The notes beneath the pieces are model-generated. The model made no database searches. It had not been told where the DNA came from and saw only the letters and a program-made list of their open reading frames with translations. Both the position numbers and the translations under genes were made by a program. Shown piece by piece: positions 49,073-62,346 of a stretch of 64,000 nucleotides of DNA. Positions within the stretch are counted from its first letter, which is position 1. The number at the start of each line of letters is the position of its first letter. Source of the DNA: Vicugna vicugna (taxonomy: Eukaryota); assembly GCA_013265495.1 (NCBI GenBank), contig MU058793.1, forward strand, positions 250,001 through 314,000. The letters run 5' to 3'.

Positions 49073-51145
49073 ATTTAATGAGTGGATGATGAAAATTTGA
49101 TTTAGTAAATAGCTAGTATAAGACAAGCTCCGATTTTTCTAAAAAGTGTGGATTCTTAGGCCATGGAAATCTACTGAAGCATGGGTAAGTGATCTCTTAC
49201 CTACAGAAATGTAATGCTTGGCTTCTCTGCACGTGCTCTGTACATACCCATGGACTGAGTGGTAAGGTCTAAATCAGTCTGTGCATTTTAAAAGATAAAT
49301 CATGATTCTGATTCTATTAGGAAACTGTGTATTCATCTCCCGATAGCAACTAAAGTGAAAATGGCTGAGAGCAATAAAAATCCATTTTGCTATTTAGTAC
49401 AGTTTGTCAGACTAGAGAAATGGGATTGAATTTCAAAGCCACCGGCAAGCTGGCTGCAATCTGCGGCTACACAGTTGATGGGTTTTTTCCTTCTTTATTT
49501 ACAACTCTTTTGATAAGCCTTCAGCAAGTTACATAGGTTGTTCTAGTTGCATCTCGTTTGACTGGATTAGAATACTTGATGACAGTTTGGATAACTTTGA
49601 GGCAGATGGTTCTTGACATTTTTCATGGCATCAGTTACAAACCATGCAAGAAACTCTTTCATCCTTTGTTTATCCTTCACTTAGAAGCCACTATAGTAGA
49701 TCGTTAAACTTTCATTTTTCACAGTGCTGATTAAGGCATACTACAAGGCAGATGTTATTCCGTATCATTTTTAACAATTTACATTTAGCACCAAAGCTGG
49801 CTTTGTGCTTGTTGCAGTGCATCAATTCACTTTTTTTAAAACTTCAAGGTCAATCTCTGAATACTGTGACTCCCTTCACAATTAAATGTCTCGCAAATTT
49901 CTCTTGGTTACAGGAACCCAACTACCATTCCATTTTTTTGTGTTTGCTTGTCAATTCCACACACATTTCTCTCCTCAACAGAGTAAGAGCATTATTTAAG
50001 AGGCAGTTTATTAAACAAAGAAAAGAATCTCAAAAAAAATAGAATCTGAATATAGCCTATCAGAATCTTAATTTTTATTATAGTAGTTCTAGAATCAGAA
50101 ATGATTGACAGTCTTGAAGCACAAGATTCACTGCACCTCACAGCTGAGATGCAGATCAAAGAATAAGAAATATTTCTCTTTCCTTTCCCATGTTTTGATG
50201 ATTTAGTAACTTACACACTATTTAGTTTAACCTCAGATGAATAAGAGTGGATAAAAGCAACTTTAGCTACAAAGCAATGTTGACAAATAGGCTCATTGAA
50301 TGCAAATTTTGACAAAATTTGATTGTACCTTAGGAAAGCACAGCCTTTCCCTTTTTCTCTTCTAGAACAATGTCAAAGTACATTCCCTTTAGAGACAAAA
50401 GATCACATCCCACAAGCCTATGGGAAATCCAGAAGACAGTCTATGTGAAGTATGCCTAAGTGCATTCCCCACCTCACTCGAAAATAAGGATTTGAGACAG
50501 GATTACGGGTCATGCAAGCTAGAATGCTATTTCTTCAAAAAGAAAGGAAACTAAAACACGAACCACATCAGGTTATAATGAATAAGCAGTAGTGTCCATG
50601 ATCTTCATTCTGCCATGCTCCACACAAATCCACAAACAAGACAAGCAAATTTAAGGGCTAGAAAGGACCTTGAAAGATCATCTGAGCTAGCCCTTTGACT
50701 AAAATACTTAGAAACCTAACCTCTTTCTCTCCTCTTTACTTGCAGGAACAAGAGGTAAGAAGGGTGTGACCAACAAATAATTTAATTTTAAAAGCAGTAC
50801 TTTAAGAGCTTTTGATCTGTCTTTGTGCAACTCAGAGTAAGCTGAGTTACATGGGGGTAGGCTGTTCTCTAATGAGACCAATTGCTTAAATATTGGTGAG
50901 CCTAATGCAGAATCTGAAAATTGTCACAAAGGAGAACTGATGCTGATTTGCGTATTCATTGTCAAGGGAATCTGCACAGATCAAGTGCCCTTACAAAAGT
51001 GTTTCTCTTTCCTATTGTGTTTTTAGCTAATATGGGTCTCTGAGAAATAGAATTTGGTTTTGGTGATGTGCTAGTCATAGCCTTTCATTTAAAAGTATTG
51101 AGAGGAGGTAGTATAAGCAAGGAGGCAAGCAGGAATAAGGGGAGT

Positions 51146-51717
51146 TGTTTTAACATAAGTTTTGTTATTATTCAGGTATGGTAAGGCCAGCAGATCATAA
51201 AACAATTGCCACTGAAAAGACAATTAGTTGCATTCACAGATTCCGAGAAGAGGGGGCACACCCTGGAGTGGGGGACACATGGGGAAGCACCAGGGTCAGG
51301 GGGGAAGCACCAGGGTCAGTCAGGAGGCGGAGGAAGAGGGGGACGCTGTGGATAAGAGCCTTTCTTGTGGTTTCTATGGGAAGAAATGGACAAGACAGGG
51401 CAAGCAGGTTTAGGATTGGCTAGTGTGAATAATTTCAGTGGGCTCTGGGGTGCAGGGGTTGTTCTTACTGTCTGGTATCTAGCCCTGGGGTAATCAGGAC
51501 AGGAAGTTAGTAGCTCAGAGTATAAGAGCCCAATAAAAGAGGTGGCTGGGGGTGTGGACTGTGGATAGGTTAGTTTGCATCTGAAAAGCACACTTCCAAG
51601 ACAGCTGCTTACTACCTCTAGAAATCCACTAACTCAGACGGGCAGTCCCTCCGGGGTCAGCAAGGCCCCAGATATCAAAGCATTAGAATACAGAAAATAA
51701 AAGATGTGGTTTATATA
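51146..51717 (-). mobile_element. MER74-like solo LTR (ERVL)
   Basis: GGGTCAGCAAGGCCCCAGATATCAAAGCATTAGAATACAGAAAATAAAAGATGTGGTT matches the reverse complement of the recalled MER74 5' end. 5-bp TSD GGAGT/GGATT. Confidence 0.75.
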
Positions 51718-51886
51718 GGATTGTGGCTTTCCCTGATCCCTCTACTAAAACAGACCAAGTACACTGAGACTAAGAATTCTGAGTCCCCAGTGGTGACCAG
51801 ACGAAGGGGTGGTGCATGGCCGAGCCAGGAGCAGGAGCCAGAGCACAGGACACTTAGTAACGACGCTAAGAGGGTAACTCAGGAGT

Positions 51887-52421
51887 CGTATTAGTTATTT
51901 CTTTCTGCATAACAAATTATTCTACAACTTAGTGGCTTAAAACAACAAACAATTATTTTTTCAGTTTCCGAGGATCATGAGTTCAGGCATAACCTGTTTG
52001 GGTGCCTCTGACTTGGAGTCTCTCACAGTCTGCAGTCAGTGTCACAGCTGTGGCCGCTGTCATCTCTAGGCTGGCCTGGGGCAGGGTCTGCTTCCAAGCT
52101 TGCTCACATGGCAGGTGGCAGGCCCCAGGTCCTTGCTGGTTGTTGGCCAGAGACATTAGTTTCTTGCTCCATGGACCTCTCCATAGAGCTACTCAGCTAA
52201 GGCTCCAAGAGAGAGCAGTAGATGGTGAGAAAGGGTGAGAGATGTGGAGTGAGATGGAAGCCAGAGTCTTGAGTAATCCAGTCTTAGAAGTGGTACCCCG
52301 TCAGTTCTGCTGCATTCTATTAGTTGGAAATGAGTCACTAGATCCAGCTCATGCTCAAAGGGAGATTATACAGGATGTGGAGACTAGGAAGTTGGGGGCC
52401 TTTTATAGGCTGCCTACCATG
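51887..52421 (-). mobile_element. MLT1F-like solo LTR
   Basis: GTATTAGTT...GCATAACAAATTA...CTTAGTGGCTTAAAACAACAAAC...CTGCTTCCAAGCTTGCTCACATGG...GGCTGCCTACCA. Confidence 0.85.
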
Positions 52422-52779
52422 ACAGTGAACAGCAATTTAAAAAGCAAACAAAAAATCCAAACCCCAAGTAAACAAACACAAAACCTCCTCTTCCCAATAG
52501 AAGAAAGTAGTCCTCATGGCTGTGCATGGATTATAATTGCTCCCATTTTACAGATGTCTTTAGGGAGAAGTGTTAACTAACCCCATTAGGGACTAAATGC
52601 CAGACCTGCTAACTTCTAGGCTATATCATATAATCTCTTCAAAATACAATGAAAGTGCAAACACAATGAATAGAAGCTCATAGTCTGGACATTCATAATG
52701 TTCTGTGCTAATTAACATGTAACAAGATGTAGAAAGAATAATAATCTTAAATACACAAATAAGAACAAAAAAATGTTAA

Positions 52780-53400
52780 TGCTGTGGCTGCGTTAGCCTT
52801 TCAGCTTGGCAGAGATTAATTGGATTGATATTACTTGGTGCTAGTGAGCATATGGAGAAAAGACAGTCTCATATCCTGTTGAAGGGAGTATAATGGGTTT
52901 GAAATTTTGGCAGGCAATTTGGCAATACCTATCAAAAGTTAAACTTGTGCAGACTCGTTGATCCAGCAATTCTGCTTCTGGGAATTCAACCCAGGGAAAT
53001 AATCGGACAAGCACACAGAGAAGTATGTAGATAGGCATTGCTATGTTATTGAAAAGGTAGGGGATAGATAGATAGATAGAGAGACAGACAAATAGATAGA
53101 TAAAGGCAATCATGGCGTCTACAAATGGTAGATAGGTTAGATAAACTACAGATTAGATAAAATATAGATATCTATTCAAGTTGGTGATCTATATCTATAT
53201 TTATTGACAAGGAACAACCTATAACACTGCTGGAAGAAAACAACAGGAATACAAAAAAGGATACATATATGACTGGAAAGCTTTACTACAAAATTTTAAC
53301 TCTGTTTTCTAACAAGAGGATTTCTGGTGATTTAATTTTTTTCTTCTTGTCTATTTTCTTTCAACAGATATGCATAAATTTGATCACAAAAACTGAACAA
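52780..53400 (+). mobile_element. L1ME-like ORF2 end/3'UTR with internal (GATA)n
   Basis: GGCAATTTGGCAATACCTATCAAAAGTT...GATCCAGCAATTCTGCTTCTGGGAATT, with a (GATA)n run at ~53063-53102. Confidence 0.7.
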
Positions 53401-54989
53401 TAGAAGTGAATTATTTTTATGGCTTCTCCTTTAGCAGCATGGTCCCTAAATCCAACATAAAAGCTGATTTTATTTTTTCACATTTAAAAGAAAGTTTGAC
53501 ACAGTAAACATTCATGCCCAGTTTATTAAACACGGTAGAGACAATGTTTGTAATGAACAAAGGGCTTAGGGCTTCAACAGGGTAAGCGCTCTCCTTCTCC
53601 GGAACGGTAGCAATGCTACTGTAAATGGAAGATCTAAGGGCACCTAGCATAACTCAACCACCATCAAAAAGCTCTTCCCACTCAAAACAAATATTTAAAT
53701 CAGTTAGAAATCAGCCCCCAAACAATGACTTGTTGCTTAAATATTGTAATGGTTGTCTTGAAAAACAGTTCATTAAACCTTGTGTATTTGGTTTTTCAGC
53801 CCTCTGTTTCTGGATCTTTCCTATCCCAGATTCAGCTATAAAATGGGCTTCTTTCACTCTGAACCCAAGCCAAGAAGACATCTGTGCCCTCAGCCCTTCC
53901 AATATATTCCATCTGCTTATTTTCCCAAGTCCAGAGCAATATGGAATTTACAATGCTGGCTTTTGTATATATCCTTAAGTTGTGCTGGCTTTTTTTTTTT
54001 AATGTGACTTTTCTAGGGTTACAAGTTTTATAAGGAAATCCCAGCATTAGAGTGTTCCCATTTGGACAATAATCATTGGAAATCAGGTTGGAACTATTGC
54101 TTTAACTAGCACTGTCATCAAAACTTACCTTCTCTACAAAGGTCTGTGAAATAAGTTTGCCATCAGAAGGTACTCCAGTTAAGCAATTTCCTGCTGCTAA
54201 GTTAAGCATCATCTTCTACCTGAATAGAACAGAATAATGTCTTTGGAATGAAGGAGACATTTGTTTGGCATTCAGCTTGCCATGCAGAGAAGACATAGGT
54301 CAGGCTGTCCTTTTGACAAACCGGCCTTAAGAAACAAATCTTAGAAACAATAAATATATCATGTGTTCCATAATGGAATAGAAAAATGGCCCTACTCACT
54401 GATGTTCTGTCTGCTTTGTAAATAGAAAAAAAAAGAAACCCTCTTATTTATAGAAAAGGAAGAATTTAACTTACTTTCATGATTAGATAACATTCTCTCA
54501 TAATTTTTCAAGTTATCATGAGACAATTTGATGTAGATTAATGCATGTCTGGCTTTTATCACCTAGATGAAAAGAGAACCAGCAGTGAGACGGGTGCAGG
54601 AGACAGCCCATGATTTAATTATTCTAAACAATCTCGTGCTTCAGTACACAAAAGATAACAGTTAACACACTGCTAAACATTTACTGATATACAAGTCAGG
54701 ACAAAGATGAAAGATTTAATTCTAAAAGGAAAAAAGTACTCTTCAGGAAAAACTGCTGTCTTGGGGTTTAGAAACAGAAGTTAAAGAAACAAAAATTAGT
54801 AGTGGAGATGTGAAGGGCTTGACCATGATTGGGGCGGGACACAGTTTCTGCTTCAGAATTCCATTCTCTTCCTTCTCCTTTATGCTCGCAATCTAAGTTC
54901 CTACTTTTCCTTCCCCTAATGGATTGATATGAGTAACTTATGTTCATATCTCACGCTAATTCTATTTTTTTACCTTTAGAATAGGCCCT

Positions 54990-55581
54990 ATATCCTCGTT
55001 GGATACACCCTCGGAGAATCTGCTCTAAAGTGTGTGAAACATCATCACGGCCATAGTCCATTGGGTGGACAGCCCCATGCTTGACAGATCCTGGGTTTGG
55101 AGGAACTACACCGGATGCATTGGAATCACTCTGAACTTATGCTCTAAGATTCACTGTGGTTAGATGAAGTGAGAGGCAGAAAAGAGGGGCTGGTAGGTTC
55201 TGGCTTGTCCTAGCTTTCCCGGGCATGCAGCCCTTCTTCCTGACCACAGGTCTGACTGACCAGCAGTCACCCTGGCTCACCCCTAGACACAGAGACAATA
55301 GCCTTCCAGAAATTTCTTTACCAGATCCCTTCTGTGGCCAGGCTCTGGCAGCTGAACATGCCTGGCTTCCCAGATTCCCCTCGAAAAATTATGACTTGTT
55401 TCCCAGTGTCCGCAACTCTGGAAAGCTGGCTAGTGACTTTTCTCTGATCTAACACCTCCCTTTTCTGGACCTAACTTGTTCCAGCTCCTCCTACATTTTG
55501 TAAAATCAAATCCCACAATAAACCCCAGAGTTCATTATACTCACAGTGATTCTGCTCTCTGATTGAGCCCCAAGGGATATA
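54990..55581 (+). mobile_element. Old ERVL LTR (LTR33/LTR41-like)
   Basis: 3' end AATAAACCCC...CATTATACTCACAGTGATTCTGCTCTCTGATTGAGCCC...GATATA resembles ERVL LTR termini. Confidence 0.5.
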
Positions 55582-55741
55582 GCCATTACCTTGTTCTGAC
55601 CATGATTAACCCAACCAAGGAGACTCAAGGAGCAAAGGGTATGCAAATCAAGTCATTTTCAGAGCTGCTGAGGCAACAGGGAGTAATAAGCCTGAAGAAC
55701 TGACGATTTGGGGGAAACCTGAAAGATGCTACAGGAGCAGC

Positions 55742-56236
55742 TGTGGTTATTTGGCTAATGCCTGGGCATCCCCATCCTCCTCCTTTCCTCTTGTCTACAT
55801 CACCTTCCCAGCTCACCGTGCAGAGTGAATGGTTCTTTCGCCCAGTCTGGGCAATGAAAGACAAGCAAAAGTCTACAGAGAGGCTCCAGGGAACACTACT
55901 TTGCTTCCTGAAAAAGGGAAAGGGAGTGAAAAGAGAGTTACAGATGCCACTCCTCCCTTTTCCTTTCTGCCTTGAATTCATCCACGGTGCTGGGGGCTAC
56001 AGCGGCCATCTTACAGCTAGAGTGCTGGAAGCTTGGAGGGAAAAGCCAGCGATGCTAGGAACAGTGGAGCAGACAGGTAGAGCCTGGGTCCTCCATGAGA
56101 CCGGGAAGTTACCAGAACAAACCAAAGGCTTCCTATCTTTGAGCTTTTTAATCAATAAACAAGAAATGTCCTTATGATAAAGTCAATAATATTTGAGTTC
56201 CCCATTACTTGCAGACAAAGACACTGCTTCCCTGTA
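55742..56236 (+). mobile_element. MLT1J-like solo LTR
   Basis: TGTGGTT...CTTCCCAGCTC...TTTGCTTCCTGAAAAAGG...GCTACAGCGGCCATCTT...AGAGCCTGGGTCCT...TTACTTGCAG. Confidence 0.75.
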
Positions 56237-56284
56237 ATTGTGCTCAGGCTCTTGAAGTAATCCTGAGAAAAGAAAACTGATGGG

Positions 56285-56480
56285 CCACCCACTATGTGTT
56301 GGGTATATGTGAGGCATTTTCACACACTTTTTCTTATTTAATTCACACAATTATTTAGTGGGGTAGGTAACTATCTACATTTTATAGAGGAGGAAATTGA
56401 AGCATAGAAATTAAGAACTTGCCTGAGATCAACTAATTTGTGGAGACATAATTTGAATCGTCTGCTTCAAAGCCCAATTT
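56285..56480 (-). mobile_element. MIR SINE
   Basis: CATTTTATAGAGGAGGAAATTGAAGCATAGA...AACTTGCCTGAGATC. Confidence 0.75.
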
Positions 56481-56726
56481 AGTTTTAATTAAGCCATGGA
56501 TAAGACATGTTCTTAGGATTACCAGAAAGATGGTAGAACTGTAGGTTTTGTCTCATCAAAGGTTGTGGGATGAAACTGGTGTGAATAAGTAATGTCTAAT
56601 AACCAGAGATAACTGAAAAAAAGAATGATCTGTCCTAGAATGTAAAGTACTATGTTTCTCACCAAGGGAAATATTTATGGGGGAGATATATGATCATTTT
56701 TTAGGATTATAATATACACATTCTAG

Positions 56727-56916
56727 AATGGATAAACAAGATTGCACTGTGTAGCACAGGGAAATATATACATGATCTTGTGGTGGCTCACAGTGAAAGA
56801 GAATGTGACAATGAATGTATGGTATGTTCATGTATAACTGATAAATTGTGCTCTACACTGAAATTTGACACAACACTGTAAAATGACTATAACTCAATTA
56901 AGAAATGTTTTAAAAA
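56727..56916 (+). mobile_element. Young 5'-truncated L1 3'UTR
   Basis: Homologous to the 3' end of the 62347 copy. Perfect 16-bp TSD AATATACACATTCTAG at 56711-56726 and 56917-56932. Confidence 0.93.
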
Positions 56917-57924
56917 AATATACACATTCTAGCACTGGGTAGAGGAGTGATCTAAATAATTCCAAAATTCCTTCTAAGATTCTATGACCTTCCAGAGATG
57001 GCAAGGTGTTTTCCACTTTATTCTGACTACCATCTGTTCCTGAAATTGGAGTTGTTCTCTCTAGTGCCTTCGTCTTGAAGATGTTATCCCCTACTCCCGA
57101 GAGAGAGCAAAGATATTTTCTGGTTTCTGGTTTAGAAAATAAAAACCTTTGCATGCCTTAAGGCCAGACCTTAGGGGAAAATCAAGATGACTAACAACTC
57201 ATTAATTTGGTAAAACAGCACCAACTCAGTTTAGAGTCATGGAGAGGTGATTATAGGCTGGATATATTCTATAGTCCATATATTTCACTAAAGAAAACAA
57301 TTTCTAGTCTACCAAAACTACACTTTCTCTTTCCTATTAAAAAATAAATAAAAACCCACAGGCCTAAGGGAACACAAAGGAAAGGAAGTACTTCCTCTTT
57401 AATAAAACGTTAAATGATTTTAAATAAAGTTTGTCCCAAGGATTGATTCTATCCAACCAGAACTGCATTAGTAGATAATGGAAATCTTTCTTTCCTGGTT
57501 CAGAGTAAAGATCTAGCAGAGAGGCAACATGGAAAAGTAAAGCCACTTTAATATTCAGTCCCAAAGATCAGTTTAGAAACAGTCTCTGTGTCTTTAGAGA
57601 TTCTCCAGAGAGGGTATCAATGAAATTTAAGATGTCTTTGAGATAATATGGGGGAATTCCTTCTTCCTGCTTTGGAGTCCCCAGATGCTGGACTCAGTTT
57701 GTTGGTTCCCTGCTACATGACAGGGAACTGAAAGCTGCCCCAAAGCCTGAAAATCAAGAATATGAGCAGAGGCATGATACACACAATGAACAATGTGAGC
57801 AGATATAGAAGGATTTCAGGAGCAAAGGAGATCATATGTATTATGTTTCCCCTGTGAAAACATCCCCATATTTCCTCTCCTCCATCCTTTGAGATGTTTC
57901 TTGTTTTTTCCATTTTTATATCTT

Positions 57925-58200
57925 AGGATAAGCGTCCTCCTGATCACCCTACTTCATTTGGGTGCTGTTTCCTTATTCTCTACCAGGGTATCATGTTTAT
58001 TTTTCTTCTAGCATTCATTACAGTTTTACATTTTATATTCATTCGATTGCTGGATTATTTATTTTCTGTCTTTATAATGTTGTCTTCAAGGAGGCAGGAA
58101 TAATATCTGTATTACCTAAAGTTCCACACAATATTTGGCATTTAGTAACGATTCACTAAATGATGAATGGTTAGATGGATGGATAAGATGTTTGATGAAC
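57925..58200 (+). mobile_element. L2 3' end
   Basis: CCTCCTGATCACCC...CAAGGAGGCAGGAAT...TTGGCATTTAGTAACGATTCACTAAATGATGAATGG. Confidence 0.65.
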
Positions 58201-58804
58201 AAATGAGAAAAAGTGTCATGGAGGTGATTTAATCTAGATAGGTCTTAAAGGATGAACAGAATTTGTAATTGAAGACACCAAGAGCTGGGAAAGGAAGAAT
58301 TCTAGGTATAATGGACAGCGTGAGAAAAACGGCATATGTATGTAGAAAAGTAGGTCGGCAACATTAGAGGAACAATGATTCCTACCTGATGTGACTAGCT
58401 TCCCCTCCCCAGTCCGCTACCACTGTGATCGTTTGGAATGGGCAAGAAATGGAGGAAAGCAGAAAAGGAAACATCAGTCAATTTGTCATAAGTTAGTGAT
58501 TTCATTTGCCAATTACAATTTTTTTTTACCATTTTTTAAAACTGCACAAATAATGCATGGATACATTTTGGTACCAAAAAAGATGCCAAAATTTTAACAT
58601 TGCGTAAGGCTTAAAGTGAAACGCTTTCTTTTACCCCAGCCCATTCTTTCTTTTCTTCATAGCATTGAAAAGTTAACCATTGGGAGGGTACATACTCCCA
58701 AACTTCTCCTATGCACTTATGAACCCACATCTACACACATACAATCACACATACACAAAATCTACAGCTGCTCAAGTCCCTTATATGTATAAAACGGTGT
58801 CGTC

Positions 58805-58859
58805 CAGTCGGCCCCCCATACCTGTGGGCTCTGTGTCTGCAGACACAGAGTGCCGGATG
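58805..58859. mobile_element. Miniature Tigger/MER2-type TIR-only MITE
   Basis: CAGTCGGCCCCCCATACCTGTGGG...CTGCAGACACAGAGTGCCGGATG followed by TA. Resembles two MER2-type TIRs with almost no internal sequence. Confidence 0.5.
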
Positions 58860-59861
58860 TATATCCACAGGTGAGTCAACAACAAATCTGTAGCAGAAAG
58901 AAAGGAGCTCAATATTCATCGCTAAGAACGTGGAGGCTCCCATTCCATTAGCCATGGGAATTCACCATGGGGATTTGGGCTTTCTCACTCCCCACTCAGA
59001 AAGTAGGGCTTCCCCCGTGAACCTCAGAGACCCTCAGCTTTCCTAGACAAGAGGTGGAAAATGTGATTTAAGAGCAACGCACTTAGCAGGAGATGCTGCG
59101 GAACTGTATTCAGCACATCTGTACACATGAGGGTCTTTTCATTCACATTGCATAAAACGTCTCTAGTTTCTGTCAGCTTTAGGAACTGACTCTTCCTGAA
59201 CTCCCAGTCCTGTCTCCACTGAATGCACTTGCCCCAGTCAGAAATGGTATAGGTTGCAGCCATTTTGGTGAAAAAGGATTTCTTGAGTTCCTCTGCACTC
59301 AGTGGTATATGAGGCTGCTCCCCTCCACAGTTCTTTACCGACAGGAACCTTGTCTTTCCCCAGTGCTTTGTATCAACAAAGAGACTGCTGGTCTTGGAGG
59401 AGAAATGAGAGGGGCCCCTGAAAACAGACCCCAAGTAATGGGAGAGGTTCCCGTGAGTTCTTTAAACATGGTGCACTCTCCACTCTGCTATGTATCAGCT
59501 GCCCAGAACAGACACGATGTAAAGCCTCAGAAACAAACCCAAGCTCTCCTAATAAAACAAATATTTCACAGTTCATTTAATCCAAGATATTGAAAAGACC
59601 TGCAGAGCCTCAAGGTTACCCTCTCCCCAGGGATGCCGCTGTGTTTGAGTAATACAGATGCCTTCCCAACCCAGCAGCTGCTATGCCAACACCAGCCTCC
59701 TTGCTCTTCTGTTCATTGTCTAGAATCATCACTGGAGTCAACCCAAAGGAGGCTCAGGTGGGACCCTCTACCTGGGGGTTCCTAGTCATGGAAAGTCCTG
59801 GAAAAGTATAGCTGTGGAATACCTACAGCTGTCTTAAGATGATAAATCTGAACTTTACTGG

Positions 59862-60350
59862 TTACTCACTATTTGCTGAGTGCCTACTATGTGCCAGGCA
59901 TTGCTCCAGGGGCTGAGAATACAAGACAGACCAAAAAAACAAAACAAAACCTGGCTTTGTGAAGCTAACGTTGTAGTGAATGAAAAGCATGGCAAATACG
60001 TAAGACAGAGGATGTAATGTGATAATGAAGGCTATGTATGAAACTGTTGGGGACTACTGGGAGTTCTAGGGTGAGAGAAGTACGATTTTAAATAAGATGG
60101 ACAGGGAGAGATTCACTGAGAAAACTATTTCAGAGAAGACCAGAAGGAGGCATCAGCCATGTAGCTTTCTGGGGTGGAACTTTTCCAGGCAGTAGCAACA
60201 GCAAGTTCAAAGGCCTTGCTTGGAGAGACCAGTGTGACTAGAGTGGCATGAGCTTAGGAATGATGCTCAAAGAGGAAGTTACAGTACAGTAATAGGAAAT
60301 TAGATCTAGGAGGGCCGTTCACCCAATTTCAAGGACTTTGGGTTTGGCTC
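59862..60350 (-). mobile_element. L2 fragment
   Basis: ATTTGCTGAGTGCCTACTATGTGCCAGGCATTGCTCCAGGGGCTGAGAATAC...CAGCAAGTTCAAAGGCC. Confidence 0.8.
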
Positions 60351-60399
60351 TAAATCTAAATTACCCTGGCTCTAAATCAATTTCAAAGGAAAAGTTTCA

Positions 60400-60830
60400 A
60401 GGTGAGTTTTGCCTCTGGAGTGAACAGCTAAGGGAGGATTCATACACACTCACCCCATCCTTCTCCTGGGAACTGTCATCCTCTCATTGATGGCTACTAA
60501 AGGAGCTGCCACACTCTTACATGGCACTGGCCGTGTTCCATCCACTCCATAGGAGGCCCCTGACCAAGAACAGGTCACTGAGTCTCCTCCCTGGAAATTT
60601 CTTAGACGTGAGAGTCAGGGACTAGAAGCCAGACTCTCTCATGGCAGAAGCTGTCAGGCATAAAACTCAAAGAGTTATGCGTGCCCATTCTTCTACATTG
60701 TAGAAATGATGGAACACAAGACCATTAGGCAGGAGATATAAGAACAGAATATTTCAAGTTGTATTCAAGTTCCTGGTGAATCCTATTTATATCTACCCCT
60801 ACTCACAGTTGGCTTATTTAATCCTTCCTT
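60400..60830 (+). mobile_element. Degraded MaLR LTR (MLT1K/L-like)
   Basis: CCCCATCCTTCTCCTGGGAACTG...CTGAGTCTCCTCCCTGGAAATTT... Confidence 0.45.
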
Positions 60831-61399
60831 GGCTACGGTGAGACATGGAGTAGAGCAACTAGAACCTTTTGAAGACAGTGGCCAGTTCTCATGGAAAGAA
60901 AGCAAAGCCCAGCACAAATCTACAGTGCAATTGGAAACTGTGTTGCAGTTCCTGAGCATAAGACAAAAACATTTGCCTGTCATCACCTCGCCTTCTCCCT
61001 ACCAATAAAATAACTGAATCCAACATTAATCATATTGACCTTAATGTTTTACTGCCCTGAAAAGGAAGAATCCATAGATGCTGTAGCCAAAATGAAGCTG
61101 GAGATCATAATGGATTGGATCTACATAACTGATCCCCAGAACTACACATCATCTAAACTACCTGGGGAGCTGTCTACAAAGACAAGTGCCTGGCCATCCC
61201 CCGAGGCCTACTCAACAGGAATAGCTTGGACAGGGATTCAAGCCCAGTATTTTCCAAATGTTCCCTAGGGTTAATGATAATCTAATCGATATATGGAACA
61301 GCTAATACACACTGTGTTAGGTTAGACCTTAGGCCTTCACTGTGCAGAGAAAACATGAAAAGCCACTTGGACAAACAGTTCGTTCTAGAGCACTCGCCT

Positions 61400-61752
61400 G
61401 CTGGCTGTCCCTGGAACGTGTCATATTAGGGATTTTGCGTTTGCCTGGAATACCCGTCCACGAGACATGGCTTGGACTTATTCTAGGAAATGCCCAAAGG
61501 AAGCAAGTAACCTTATTGTGAGGCCTTCCCTGGCTTCCCTACTTACTATTTTAAACTCCTTCACCCTCATCATTTCCTTTCCCCCTGATTTTTTTTCCCT
61601 TCATTACCATTTATTTTATTTACTATACTATTTATCATTTCTCTCTCTCTCTGCTTCAGTAAATGTAGGCTCCAAGGGGGCAGGAATTTTTGCTATTCTG
61701 CTCACTGCTCTATCTCCAGGCCCTGGAGGAGGTGGTCCAATACTTACTGAAA
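61400..61752 (+). mobile_element. L2 3' end
   Basis: GTGAGGCCTTCCCTGG...AATGTAGGCTCCAAGGGGCAGGAATTTT...CTCACTGCTCTATCTCCAG. Confidence 0.7.
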
Positions 61753-62346
61753 GAGCAAACACCTACTTGGCCATGTTTCTAACGTGGGTAATGATCCTGT
61801 CCTCACAGATGAATACTCAGAGACATTTTGATTCCTACAATTCAGAAACAGATTTCCAAGTCAGTTAACCTTCTACACAGCACCCAAGACTGTGCCCTCC
61901 TGTGTCCACGCTGACTTCTACATGCTTGAAAAAACATCTGAAATTGTTATCTGGCTGAGAATGGGCAGGCACTGGCCAAAGCAGAGTTTGAGGCCAGTGG
62001 GTTGTGAACTGGTAGGAAGATGAATTGAAAGTACACACCTGTGTCAGCGAGAGCTCGCGCCGAGCCCAGACCCCCGTCTCCACAAAGGCTCTGCAAACCC
62101 TGCATCTCAGAGACAAAAAGAGAAAGAGCTTCCTCTCTGTCAAATCTCCAGAAAAGTTTCTACTTCATTTCAGAGTCTCTAACAGGATGAAAAGCACCAG
62201 CGGAAATGTATGCTGAAGGTGGAGTGGGGGGACTTAAAGGGAGGGGGTCACACATGTGTCTTTTATATAAAGCACCCCACATCTGTGTAGAGAACTTAGT
62301 GTTATCCAAATGTTTTTCAGATATCAAGATAAAAACATAGCTTTAA

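Noticed and set aside
55743..56177. 144-aa ORF
   Set aside because: It lies entirely within an MLT1J-like LTR and is a chance open frame.
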